DNA of 58,974 nt, taken from positions 2,934-61,907 of the forward strand of contig CAZMNK010000013.1 in NCBI GenBank assembly GCA_964567625.1, given 5' to 3'. The notes beneath the pieces are model-generated. The model ran no database searches. It was not told the origin of the DNA and worked only from the letters and a program-made list of their open reading frames with translations. This document shows positions 18,251 through 27,864 of this stretch, one piece after another. Numbering within the stretch: the stretch's first letter is position 1; each line of letters opens with the position of its first letter. This stretch comes from an uncultured Enterobacterales bacterium (GTDB taxonomy: Bacteria; Myxococcota_A; UBA796; CAJQPC01). The translations under genes were made by a program, and so were the position numbers.

Positions 18251-19975
18251 TCAGCCGTCCTGGCAGCCGTCGAGGCCGCAGGTGAAGGTGGCGGGTGCGG
18301 CATAGGCCGTGTCGGAGGCCACGATGTCTTCGGGGCCATTGTCCTCGGCCCCGTCCCCCCAGTTGCAATCCAGGCAGCCCAGGCCTCCGGCGGACTGGTC
18401 GAGCCAGGCGCCACCGGCCTGCTCGGTGGCGGTATTCCGGCTGACCTCGACGTCTTCGAACCAGGCCAGGCCCCCGTTGTAGAGAAGCAGGCCAGCGCCC
18501 GTCGCCGCGCGGTTGTCCACGATCCGGTCACCCCTGGCCACATACTCGGCGTCGACCTCCAGCAGGACCCCGGCGCCCAGGGGGGCCTCGTTGCCGCTGA
18601 CCAGCATTCCGCTCCCTTCGAGCCGGGCCGCGTTGGCGTAGAGACCTCCGCCGCCGACCAGGGCGATGTTGTCCCGCACCTCGGTGTCAGGACCGAAGCG
18701 GCAGGTCACCTCGCTTGCCAGCAGCCCACCGCCGTAGGGGGCGACATTGGCAGCGATGGTGGCGTGGTCGGCCTCCAGGGTGGCCTCGCCGAAGATGGCC
18801 AGGCCGCCCGCCCAGGCTTCGGCGGTGTTCTCGAAGACCCAGGTGTCCTCTTCAAAGTGCACCGAAGCCTCTTCGGTGATGTAGAGGCCGCCACCGCGGT
18901 AGGCGTTGTTGGCGTGAAGGGAGGCACCCCGGAAGACGGCACTTCCACCGAGCAGGTAGGCGGCGCCTCCGTGGTCCGCCTGGTTGCCGGACAGGGTGCT
19001 TCCCACCAGGAGCACCTCGCTCTCTCGGGCAAAGACGCCGCCACCAGACGTGCCCCCTGTGTTGTCGGTCAGGGCTGTGGTCTCGTCAGCGACCAGGGAG
19101 CCGCCGGCCAGGTGGACTGCGGCCCCGTAGTCGGCTGTGTTTCGCTGCAGGGTGACGTTCTGAAGCACCAGCTCGGTGGTGGTCAGCGCCAGGCCCCCGC
19201 CCTTATCGGTGGCCAGGTTGTCCTCGACGACCACCGTGTTGAAACTGGCGATCGCCTGCTCCAGTGCCAGTCCCCCGCCGCTCTGGGACTCCCCGAGCCG
19301 GGCCCAGACATTCTCGGCCAGGATCTCACCGCCGGCCAGCATGGCTCCGCCCCCCCGCTCTGTGGCCGTGTTGGCGGTCAATTCCACCCCGACCAGCTCT
19401 ACCCGCTCCACGTCGGCGGTGAACAGGCCCCCGCCGAGCGCCGCCTGGTTGTGGTGCAGGCGCACGTTCTCCAGTCGTAGCAAGGGGGCGTCGGCGGCGT
19501 AGACCCCACCTCCTGCACGGACAGTTCCACCCAGGGGGTCCTTCCAGAGGTTCCCCCCGCCACTGGTGATGTCCAGCCCCACCAGGGTGACCGCCGCACC
19601 CTCGGTCGAGATCACGCTCTGGTCCTGGTTTCCCACCAGGAAGGTGAACCCGAGTCCGTGTTCGCTCTGCAGGACGATGTCTCGGGTCAGGTGCAGGGAC
19701 TCGTGGAAGATCCCGTCACAGAGAGTGAGGACCTGGCCGGATTCCGCCTGGTCCAGGGCCTCTTGAATGCCTGGAAGAAGCTCGGAGCCCAGTCGAACAT
19801 GATCACGAACGCAGTCGGTCTGGCCGGGTCCGATCGGGTCCTGGGCAAAGCCTTCCAGGGCGAGGGCCAGGTCCGGGTGGGTGAAGCCTCGATCCTGGTG
19901 GTCTTCTCCGTTTCCACCCAGGGGCAGCCCGGTGCCATCAGCGCAGGCGAGCAACATTAGGAAGGGAAGGGGCAA
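18251..19975 (-). CDS. Lipoprotein with right-handed beta-helix (pectin-lyase/Pmp-like GG repeats)
   Basis: LLAC lipobox; repeated N-x-A-x-x-GGG[LAV] units along the protein. Confidence 0.8.
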   Translation of the reverse strand: MPLPFLMLLACADGTGLPLGGNGEDHQDRGFTHPDLALALEGFAQDPIGPGQTDCVRDHVRLGSELLPGIQEALDQAESGQVLTLCDGIFHESLHLTRDIVLQSEHGLGFTFLVGNQDQSVISTEGAAVTLVGLDITSGGGNLWKDPLGGTVRAGGGVYAADAPLLRLENVRLHHNQAALGGGLFTADVERVELVGVELTANTATERGGGAMLAGGEILAENVWARLGESQSGGGLALEQAIASFNTVVVEDNLATDKGGGLALTTTELVLQNVTLQRNTADYGAAVHLAGGSLVADETTALTDNTGGTSGGGVFARESEVLLVGSTLSGNQADHGGAAYLLGGSAVFRGASLHANNAYRGGGLYITEEASVHFEEDTWVFENTAEAWAGGLAIFGEATLEADHATIAANVAPYGGGLLASEVTCRFGPDTEVRDNIALVGGGGLYANAARLEGSGMLVSGNEAPLGAGVLLEVDAEYVARGDRIVDNRAATGAGLLLYNGGLAWFEDVEVSRNTATEQAGGAWLDQSAGGLGCLDCNWGDGAEDNGPEDIVASDTAYAAPATFTCGLDGCQDG

Positions 19976-20103
19976 GCGGCGCCTCGCGGTCTCCTTCCAT
20001 TACCCCTCGGATCGGCTTGCTGTGACGGGGAATTCGCTGTGGTGCACTTCAGCCCCCCGTGGATGCCCTCGGGTCCCTCTCCTCTGGTCGGGGTGGGGTG
20101 GCC

Positions 20104-20832
20104 CTACAGGGTCTCCTCGACCTCGCAGATGTAGCCAAAGGCGTTGCCGGTGTGGGTGTCGCCCACGGCCCAGACACCGTCGACCGCGTAGAAACTCGCG
20201 ACGTCCTCGTCGTAGTCACCCCCGGTGTCCTCGTTGAATTCGCCGTTGTCCGGTTGTCCCACGTGCCAGATGCCCTCTTCCTCGATGTTGGTGTTGTCGG
20301 GGTACCCATCACCCACGTAGAACCAGCCAAAATCGATGCTGGGGGCTGTGTTCTCCTGCTTCAGGCCGTACCAGTACCAGGCATCGGGGACCAGGTTGAC
20401 CGCCATGGCCTGCAGTGCCTGGAATTCCCCCAGGTACAGGGTGCTTACCAGGTCACCGCCAGGCCAGCTGTCGTAGCAGCGCTGGCGGCTCTCCTGCCAA
20501 CCGACCTCGCGGGTGCAGTTGTAGTAGCGCGAACGGATGGCCGGGCCCCCGGTGTCGGCGACCGGGTGGTCGTAGGTGCCCAGGTCAGTGCAGTCCCAGC
20601 CAGGGCAGTCATCCCAACTGGAGGCATCGGTGTCGTCGCAGTCGTCCTTTTCCGGAGAGAAGTTGGGCGGTTGTTCACAACTCTCGCTGGGAAAGTCCAC
20701 ATTGCCGTGACCGTCTCCGTCCTCGTCCCGGTACCAGGTAAAGATCCTGCAGGCCCCGGTGTCATCGCTGTCACTGGTGTCCACCTGTGTGGAGGTGCAC
20801 GCGATCGCGGTGAGGACAAGGGAGGCGAACAT
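20104..20832 (-). CDS. Lipoprotein with Asp-rich putative metal-binding motif and C-type-lectin-like domain
   Basis: TAIAC lipobox; WYRDEDGDGHG...DDCDD motif; W..SRQRC..GGDLVS...YWYGL...QPDN...YICE. Confidence 0.7.
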   Translation of the reverse strand: MFASLVLTAIACTSTQVDTSDSDDTGACRIFTWYRDEDGDGHGNVDFPSESCEQPPNFSPEKDDCDDTDASSWDDCPGWDCTDLGTYDHPVADTGGPAIRSRYYNCTREVGWQESRQRCYDSWPGGDLVSTLYLGEFQALQAMAVNLVPDAWYWYGLKQENTAPSIDFGWFYVGDGYPDNTNIEEEGIWHVGQPDNGEFNEDTGGDYDEDVASFYAVDGVWAVGDTHTGNAFGYICEVEETL

Positions 20833-20954
20833 GGCTCCAATCTACCCCGTGCGTGCTCCGGAAGCCTCGGTGGGTGTGAAGTGGGCTGGTCGGCCGTCTG
20901 GCTGCAACGGGCCAGGGCGGATCGGTTACCCGCCACCCCCCCCAGGAGACCCTC

Positions 20955-22283
20955 ATGATGCTGTTCGTCCTGGCCACCCTGGGTACGGCCCTTGCCGACG
21001 ACTCGGGACTGGTGATCCCCTACGAGAAGTACGAGTTGGCCAACGGGCTCGATGTCATCCTCTCCGAGGATCACTCGGTGCCGATCGTCCAGGTGAACCT
21101 CTGGTACGGCGTCGGCTCTCGGGACGAGGTCGAAGGCCGCACGGGCTTTGCGCACCTGTTCGAGCACCTGATGTTCAATGGGTCCGAGCACTGGCCGGGG
21201 GAATACTTCGAACCTCTCCAGGAGGTGGGTGCCCGGGTCAATGGGACCACCAACCTGGACCGCACGAACTATTTCGAGGAGGTCCCCAGCGCCTACCTGC
21301 CCCTGGCCCTGTGGCTGGAGAGCGACAGGATGGGTTTCCTGCTGCCAGTCCTGGATGGGGAGAAGCTGGCCAATCAGCAGGAGGTCGTCCGCAACGAGCG
21401 CCGGCAGAGCTACGAGAACCGGCCTTACGGCACCGCCTGGATCACGATGCTGGGCAGCGTCTTCCCGGAGGGCCACCCCTACCACCACCCGACCATCGGG
21501 TACCACGAGGACATCGAGGCAGCGACGCTCGAGGATGTCTCGGCGTTCTTTCAGCACTGGTATGTGCCGAGCAACGCCAGTCTCGTCATCTGCGGGGACT
21601 TCGATCCCGACGAGGCCAAGGACCTGGTCGACCGGTACTTTGGCGACCTTCCAGTGGTGCCTGCCCCGGAAAGGGTCGAGGTGCCCACCTGGAAGATGGC
21701 TGAGGAAGTGGTGGTCCGGCAGACCGAGGCTGGAGTACCCCACCAGAAGGTCTGGTTGGCCTGGCCGTCACCGGCGCTCCACGCCGAGGGGGATGCAGCC
21801 CTGGACGTGGTCAGCAGCGTGCTCTCGGGAGGCAAGGACGCGCGGCTGCAGAAGTCGCTGGTTCACGAGAAGCAGATCGCCCAGAAGGTGTCTGCGAGCC
21901 AGGCGAGTTTTGCCGAGGGCTCGATGTACATCATCCAGGCCACCGCGGCGAAGGGACACACCACCGAGGAACTCGTGGTCGAGATCGACCGGATTCTCAC
22001 CGAGCTGGCGGCGGAGGGGCCCACAGAGCGGGAACTCACCGATGCCCTGGTCAACTGGGAGGCGGGTTTTGTCCGCAGGCTGGCCCGGGTCTCGGCCAAG
22101 GCCAACCTGTTGAACTCCTACAACCTGTACCGGGGTGACCCCGGGTTCATCCAGGACGACATGGAGCGGTACCTGGCCCTGACCGCCAGCGATGTCCAGT
22201 CGGCGGTGGAGTCCTACCTGCCCATGGACGGACGCTTGCAGCTGCACATCCACCCTGAAGTTGCCGAGGAGGTGGCGGAGTGA
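20955..22283 (+). CDS. M16 family zinc peptidase, catalytic subunit
   Basis: LANGL, GSRDE..GRTGFAHLFEH (HxxEH), NGTT, EVVRNERR, YVPSNA. Confidence 0.93.
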   Translation: MMLFVLATLGTALADDSGLVIPYEKYELANGLDVILSEDHSVPIVQVNLWYGVGSRDEVEGRTGFAHLFEHLMFNGSEHWPGEYFEPLQEVGARVNGTTNLDRTNYFEEVPSAYLPLALWLESDRMGFLLPVLDGEKLANQQEVVRNERRQSYENRPYGTAWITMLGSVFPEGHPYHHPTIGYHEDIEAATLEDVSAFFQHWYVPSNASLVICGDFDPDEAKDLVDRYFGDLPVVPAPERVEVPTWKMAEEVVVRQTEAGVPHQKVWLAWPSPALHAEGDAALDVVSSVLSGGKDARLQKSLVHEKQIAQKVSASQASFAEGSMYIIQATAAKGHTTEELVVEIDRILTELAAEGPTERELTDALVNWEAGFVRRLARVSAKANLLNSYNLYRGDPGFIQDDMERYLALTASDVQSAVESYLPMDGRLQLHIHPEVAEEVAE

Positions 22284-23791
22284 ACGCCTTGAACCCCCCT
22301 GGAAGGTCCCTGGTCCTGCCCGGTTTCCGCCGGCCCCTTCGACCCCTGGTGGTCCTGGGCGCGGTGATGCTGGCCGTCGCCTGTGCCCCCAAGGCCCAGC
22401 CCGGCCCGGTTGCACAACCCCTCCCGCCCGTGGACCGCACGGCCCGACCACAACCCCTGGAAGCCCAGTCCTTTGAACTGCCTGCCATTCACGAAGGAAC
22501 CCTGAGCAATGGCCTCCGGGTCACCGTGGTCGAGAACCACGAGTTGCCACTGGTGGACATCCGGCTGTCCTTTGATGTGGGTGGGTGGACGGACCCGCCG
22601 GGGCAGGAGGGCCTGGCCCAGGCCGCCCTCGACATGCTCAATGAAGGGGCTGGTGAGCTCGATGCGCTGGGGATCTCCGCGGCGCTGAAGTCCCTGGCTT
22701 CCCGGTTGAACACCAGTGCCAGCGTGGATGGTTCCAGCATCCACATCGACACCTTGAAGAAGAACCTGGAACCCACCCTGGACCTGATGGCCTCGGTGCT
22801 GCTCCAACCCACTTTTCCGGAGAACGAGTGGGAGCGGCTGCAGAAGCAGCGCATCCAGGCCCTGGCGACGGAGAAGGCAGACCCTCGCAAGCTGGCCCGA
22901 CAGGTCGCGCGAACCCTGGCCTATGGCGATGCCTACATGGGGGTCCAGGCCACGGAAGAGACCGTGGCCGGCATCACCGTGGCGGACATGAAGGCCTGGG
23001 TCGAGCAGTGGCTCGTGCCGGGTCGGGCCATGCTCCTGGTGGGGGGTGACACGACCCTGGAAGAGATCATGCCCCTGCTCGAGGCTCGGTTTGGTGCCTG
23101 GTCGGGCGAGACCCCCGTGGCCCGGCCACCCCGGCCCTCGATCCAGCCGGATGCCACCGTGGTCTACCTGTTGGACAAGCCGGGCGCAGCCCAGAGCGTC
23201 CTCTACCTGCAGCGCTTCATCGGGGAGCGAACCGACCCGGAGTACCCGGCCCTGGTGTTGGCGAACCAGGCCTGGGGCGGGCAATTCACCGCCCGTCTGA
23301 ACATGAACTTGCGGGAGGACAAGGGCTACACCTATGGCGCCCGGAGTTCCTTTGGCCATGGCTACGCGCCCGGCCGCTGGGTCGCCAGCGCGTCGGTTCA
23401 CACCGAGGTCACCCGGGCCAGCCTGGACGAAATCTTCAGGGAACTGGAAGAGGTGAATGGCGAGCGTCCACTGACGGGCGAGGAGATCGAATACGTGCGC
23501 AGTGGGTTGATCCATGGCTACCCGGGACGTTTTGAGGAGGCCGAACCCCTGCTTCGGGAAATCGCCACCGTCTGGCGATATGGCTTGCCGGACGACTGGC
23601 TGGGCGGCTACCTGGATCGCGTTGCAGCCGTGGACCCTGCACAGGCCCAGGCTGTCTTCTCGGAACGGGTGACGACCCAGCCCCTACAGGTGCTGGTGGT
23701 GGGAGACCTTGCAGTTGTTCGGGAAGACATCGAGGCTCTGGGTCACCCGGTGGTTCTTCTCGATACCGATGGCAAGCCAATCCAGGAGTAG
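22280..23791 (+). CDS. M16 family peptidase, non-catalytic partner subunit (lipoprotein)
   Basis: LAVAC lipobox, LSNGL, no HxxEH, RLNMNLREDKGYTYGA R/Y pair; GTGA overlap with the upstream gene. Confidence 0.9.
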   Translation: MNALNPPGRSLVLPGFRRPLRPLVVLGAVMLAVACAPKAQPGPVAQPLPPVDRTARPQPLEAQSFELPAIHEGTLSNGLRVTVVENHELPLVDIRLSFDVGGWTDPPGQEGLAQAALDMLNEGAGELDALGISAALKSLASRLNTSASVDGSSIHIDTLKKNLEPTLDLMASVLLQPTFPENEWERLQKQRIQALATEKADPRKLARQVARTLAYGDAYMGVQATEETVAGITVADMKAWVEQWLVPGRAMLLVGGDTTLEEIMPLLEARFGAWSGETPVARPPRPSIQPDATVVYLLDKPGAAQSVLYLQRFIGERTDPEYPALVLANQAWGGQFTARLNMNLREDKGYTYGARSSFGHGYAPGRWVASASVHTEVTRASLDEIFRELEEVNGERPLTGEEIEYVRSGLIHGYPGRFEEAEPLLREIATVWRYGLPDDWLGGYLDRVAAVDPAQAQAVFSERVTTQPLQVLVVGDLAVVREDIEALGHPVVLLDTDGKPIQE

Positions 23792-23796
23792 TCCAG

Positions 23797-24717
23797 ATGT
23801 CGATTCGCTCCGAAGTGATCTGGATGGACGGAAAGTTCATCCCCTACGACCAGGCACAGGTCCACGTTCTCAGCCACACCATGCACTACGGGCTCGGGGT
23901 GTTCGAGGGCATCCGCGCCTACGAGCAGACAGGCTCCGGCCGTGGCGGTGTGTTTCGGCTGGATGAGCACCTGGTGCGACTCTTTGACAGCGCCAAGATG
24001 TGCCTGATCGAGATGCCGTTCACCCTGGACGAGGTGAGGGATGCGTGCCTGGAGACCCTCCATCGAAACGGTCTGAAGGAGGCCTATGTCCGACCCCTGG
24101 TACACCTGGGGCACGGCAAGATGGGCCTGGGGGCCCGGACCAACCCGGTTCACGTGACCATCGCGGTCTGGGAGTGGGGTGCCTACCTGGGCGACGAGGG
24201 CCTGTCACAGGGCATTCGTTGTGCAACCTCCAGCTTCACCCGGCACCACGTCAACGCCAACATGCAGCGGGCCAAGGTGGTCGGCCACTACGTGAACAGC
24301 ATCATGGCCAAGTACGAAGCCAACGACAATGGCTTCGAAGAGGCCATCATGCTCGACCAGAACGGCCTGGTTGCCGAGGGCACCGGAGAGAACCTCTTTG
24401 TGATGCGCCACGGCCTGGTGAAGACCCCCTCGATCACGAACATCCTGGGCGGAATCACCCGCAAGACGGCCATTCGCATCCTTCGAGAAGAGGGACACGA
24501 GGTGATCGAGACCCAGTTCGGACGGGACGCACTCTATGTGGCAGACGAGGTCTTCATGACCGGAACCGCCGCAGAGGTGACCCCCGTGCGCGAGGTCGAT
24601 CACCGCACGGTGGGCGCCGGCAAGCCGGGCCCGATCACGAAGCGGGTGCAGGAGACCTACCTGTCCGGCGTGCGCGGCGAGGTGGACTTCATGCGGGAGT
24701 GGATCACCCTCTTGTAG
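23797..24717 (+). CDS. ilvE: Branched-chain amino acid aminotransferase
   Basis: HYGLGVFEGIR, AYVRP, AKVVGHY, EGTGENLF, LGGITR, FMTGTAAEV. Confidence 0.95.
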   Translation: MSIRSEVIWMDGKFIPYDQAQVHVLSHTMHYGLGVFEGIRAYEQTGSGRGGVFRLDEHLVRLFDSAKMCLIEMPFTLDEVRDACLETLHRNGLKEAYVRPLVHLGHGKMGLGARTNPVHVTIAVWEWGAYLGDEGLSQGIRCATSSFTRHHVNANMQRAKVVGHYVNSIMAKYEANDNGFEEAIMLDQNGLVAEGTGENLFVMRHGLVKTPSITNILGGITRKTAIRILREEGHEVIETQFGRDALYVADEVFMTGTAAEVTPVREVDHRTVGAGKPGPITKRVQETYLSGVRGEVDFMREWITLL

Positions 24718-25732
24718 GTGGGTCTGGTGACGACCGGGGGTGATTGGACGCCCGGCCGACGGCGGCCAGGGAAGGTGCCCGAGTCAGGGCCCAGAGGCGC
24801 CGAATCGGTCGCCCACAGGCCTCTACGTGGGCTCCTCTCCAGCGTTGGGGTTCCGTCTGTGCCAGGACCTCCAGCCGACCGCGGGGACGGCTGTTGACCT
24901 CCAACAGGTGAGGCTGTCCCGTCCCGTCAATGGCAAAGTCCACCCCGACCTCGACCGCCCAGGTACCGTCCGGGTGGGCGGCAACCGCCTGAGCCACGAG
25001 GGCGGTCTGTTCCTGAATCCCGGTGAGGGTCTCCGGGCCCAGGACCTCTCTTGCCGGGCAGGCCGTCGCACCCTGGCTGACATTGGCCACGACCTCGCCA
25101 GGGGGCGCAAGCCGGGCCACGCCGGGTAGCTGGATCCAGTCTCCGCCGGGCAGACGCTGAACCAACTGCCTGACGGCGATCGCGCCGGTTCTGGGGGCGG
25201 GCACCTCCCGCTGCAGGAAGGTGGGCTCCAGGATCCCGACCACCGCCCCCTGGACTTCCAGGGGCAGTTCGTCGCCGGGGAGTACCCGTTGGATCCCCCG
25301 CCCCATGGCTCCGTAGCGCGGTTTCAGGAACGCCGAGCCCCATGTCGCGAGCGCTTCTGGAAAGTGGGCTGGCCGGTACTCGATGGCGGGCATGGGCACA
25401 CGGGAGGTCAGCCAGTGCTGGCTGGCGATCTTGTCCCGGCACAGGAGCGTCAGGCTCTCCGGGTTTCCCATGGGGGGGTGCCCCAGGGCTTCCAGGGCCT
25501 TGCGATAGGCCTGGGGTCGGGTCTGGGAAGGAAAGCGATCCTGGACCGCCATGACCCGGGAAGGGACCACCGGGTCCCAGCCCCCAGGTCGTGCCTGGAA
25601 GAACGACCTGCCATCGGTGCTGAAGGCCAGTGAAATGCCCTCGGAACGGATGTGCAGGGCGGCACGTCCGATGGGGGTGGTCTCTGGCGCCGGGGGGGCT
25701 CCCGGTCGTGGGCCGACGAGCACGACGATCAT
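24704..25732 (-). CDS. ATP-grasp protein (YheC/YheD-like)
   Basis: CRDK, FLKPRYGAMGRGI, VANVSQG, EVGVDF, LLEVNSRP. Confidence 0.75.
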   Translation of the reverse strand: MIVVLVGPRPGAPPAPETTPIGRAALHIRSEGISLAFSTDGRSFFQARPGGWDPVVPSRVMAVQDRFPSQTRPQAYRKALEALGHPPMGNPESLTLLCRDKIASQHWLTSRVPMPAIEYRPAHFPEALATWGSAFLKPRYGAMGRGIQRVLPGDELPLEVQGAVVGILEPTFLQREVPAPRTGAIAVRQLVQRLPGGDWIQLPGVARLAPPGEVVANVSQGATACPAREVLGPETLTGIQEQTALVAQAVAAHPDGTWAVEVGVDFAIDGTGQPHLLEVNSRPRGRLEVLAQTEPQRWRGAHVEACGRPIRRLWALTRAPSLAAVGRASNHPRSSPDPPTRG

Positions 25733-25760
25733 GGTCGGTTCCTATCCCACGCCGGGCCTG

Positions 25761-27845
25761 CTACCCGGGGCTTCGGGGCAATGTGGCCGGAAAGTAGACC
25801 TGCTCCGTGTAGTCCCGCACCATTCGATGGGTGTTGAAGTGGGGAACACAGGTCAGGATGGCGCGGCGCATCATCGCCACCCACCGACCTGGGGTGCCGT
25901 CGACCCGGTCCAGGAAGGTCGGCACGACCTCCTGCTCCAGCAGGGAGAAGAGGGACTCTGCGTCGTCCCGGTCCTGGATGATGGGGTCGCTGTAGGTCTG
26001 TTCGTGGCCGATGGCCCACCCGTTGGTGCCGTCGTAGGCCTCTGGCCACCACCCGTCCAGGATGCTCAGGTTCAGACCACCGTTCAAGGGCACCTTCTGG
26101 CCCGAGGTGCCGGAGGCCTCTCGGGGTCGCCGGGGGTTGTTGAGCCAGACATCGGCGCCGGCGGTGAGCAGCCTGCCGGTGTGGATGTCGTAGTCCTCAC
26201 AGAACACCACCTTTCCCCGGAAGCGCGGGTCTTCGGTCCACCTCAGCACCTCGGCGGCGATGGCCTGTCCCTCGGTGTCCCGCGGGTGGGCCTTGCCGGC
26301 GAAGATCAGTTGGAGCCCCGGGGAGGTGTGGACCAGTGTGGCCAGTCGCTCGGGTTGGGAGAAGAGCAGGTTGGCGCGTTTGTAGGGCGCGAAGCGTCGG
26401 GCAAACCCCAGGGTGAGCCCGTGTGGATCCAGGCGGCTGTGGCCCACGGTCCAGGCCAGGTGGTCGACCAGCTCCTGGCGACAGGCCTGGTGGGTCTTCC
26501 AGATCTGCCCGTCATCGAGACCGGTCAGCAGGCTTCTCCAGGTCTCGGGATCCCAGAGCCGCTCGGGCTGGCGCCAGTCGAGGGTCTGGGTGTCGAAGAG
26601 GGCTTGCCAGCGGGGGTGCATCCAGAACAGAGGGTGAACGCCGTTGGTGATGTGGCCGATGGGGACCTCGGCCACCGGTCGATCCGGGTAGAGCGCCGTC
26701 CACATCTGGCGGCTGACCTCTCCGTGCAACTGGCTGACCCCGTTGGCTGCTCGGGTGGTCTTCAAGGCGAGCACGGTCATGCACAGGGACTCGTCCTGGT
26801 CTTTGGGGCTCACCCTGCCCAGGCCCATGATGGTGCCTGGAGACCAGCCCATTTCCCTCCGATAGGCTCCCAGGGCCTCGTCGACCTGTTCCCACGCGAA
26901 GCGATCGTGGCCGGCGGGAACAGGGGTGTGGGTCGTGAAGACCGCTTCCTGGCGGGCGGCTGCCAGGGCTTCGGAAAAAGGAAGGCCCCGACGCTGGCGG
27001 CTGGCCAGTCGTTCGAGGGGCGCAAAGGCACAGTGCCCCTCGTTCAGGTGGATCACCCCGGGGTCGATGCCCAGGGTCTCCAGCAGGCGTACACCACCGA
27101 TTCCCAGCAGGATCTCCTGTCCCAGGCGGGTTCTGGCATCCCCGCCGTAGAGCCGATGTGTCAGGGCTCGGATTTCGGGGGGATTGGATGGCAGATCGGC
27201 GTCCAGGAGCCACAGCCGCACTCGCCCCACGTCCAGTGCCCAGACCTGGGCCAGGCCGGTGAACTCACCGATGGGGAAGGGGATGGTCAGAGGCTGCTCG
27301 TCCCGAAGCAGGCGGGTCAGGGGCAGTCGTGTGAAGTCGGTGACCGGGTAGCGGGCCACCTGGGCCTGGTCCTGGATGACCTGTTGGAAGTACCCCTCCC
27401 GATAGAGCAGGCCCACCCCCACAAATGGCAGTCCCAGGTCCGATGCGGATCGCAAGTGGTCCCCCGCCAGCACCCCGAGTCCGCCACTGTAGATTCGAAG
27501 GCTCTCGTGCAGCCCGAATTCCATGGAGAAATAGGCCACAGGTCGGATTTCCCCTGTCCGGGTGCCCTGGCGCCGTGCGCTCCAGGTGTCCTGGTCCTCC
27601 AGGTAGGCACGGAAGGCCAGGTGGATTCGCTCCAGTTTCTCGAGGAAGATCGAATCGTTCTCCAACTCGCCCAGGCGGTCTGGCTCCAGGTCCTGGAGGA
27701 GGGCGACGGGGTTGCCTTGCAACGCCGCAAAGCGGGCGGGGTCCAGGTCCCGGAACAGGTCGATCGCCGGGGGGTGCCAGGACCACCAGAGGTTCCTGGA
27801 GAGTGCCTCGAGAGGCTTCAGTCGTGGAGGAGTAAGTGTCCGCAT
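25761..27845 (-). CDS. glgP: Alpha-glucan (glycogen) phosphorylase
   Basis: NLWWSW, AYFSMEFG, YSGGLGVLAGD, HLNEGH, FARRFAPYKR, EASGTSGQK PLP site. Confidence 0.95.
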   Translation of the reverse strand: MRTLTPPRLKPLEALSRNLWWSWHPPAIDLFRDLDPARFAALQGNPVALLQDLEPDRLGELENDSIFLEKLERIHLAFRAYLEDQDTWSARRQGTRTGEIRPVAYFSMEFGLHESLRIYSGGLGVLAGDHLRSASDLGLPFVGVGLLYREGYFQQVIQDQAQVARYPVTDFTRLPLTRLLRDEQPLTIPFPIGEFTGLAQVWALDVGRVRLWLLDADLPSNPPEIRALTHRLYGGDARTRLGQEILLGIGGVRLLETLGIDPGVIHLNEGHCAFAPLERLASRQRRGLPFSEALAAARQEAVFTTHTPVPAGHDRFAWEQVDEALGAYRREMGWSPGTIMGLGRVSPKDQDESLCMTVLALKTTRAANGVSQLHGEVSRQMWTALYPDRPVAEVPIGHITNGVHPLFWMHPRWQALFDTQTLDWRQPERLWDPETWRSLLTGLDDGQIWKTHQACRQELVDHLAWTVGHSRLDPHGLTLGFARRFAPYKRANLLFSQPERLATLVHTSPGLQLIFAGKAHPRDTEGQAIAAEVLRWTEDPRFRGKVVFCEDYDIHTGRLLTAGADVWLNNPRRPREASGTSGQKVPLNGGLNLSILDGWWPEAYDGTNGWAIGHEQTYSDPIIQDRDDAESLFSLLEQEVVPTFLDRVDGTPGRWVAMMRRAILTCVPHFNTHRMVRDYTEQVYFPATLPRSPG

Positions 27846-27864
27846 AGGGTATTCTCCGCCGACC

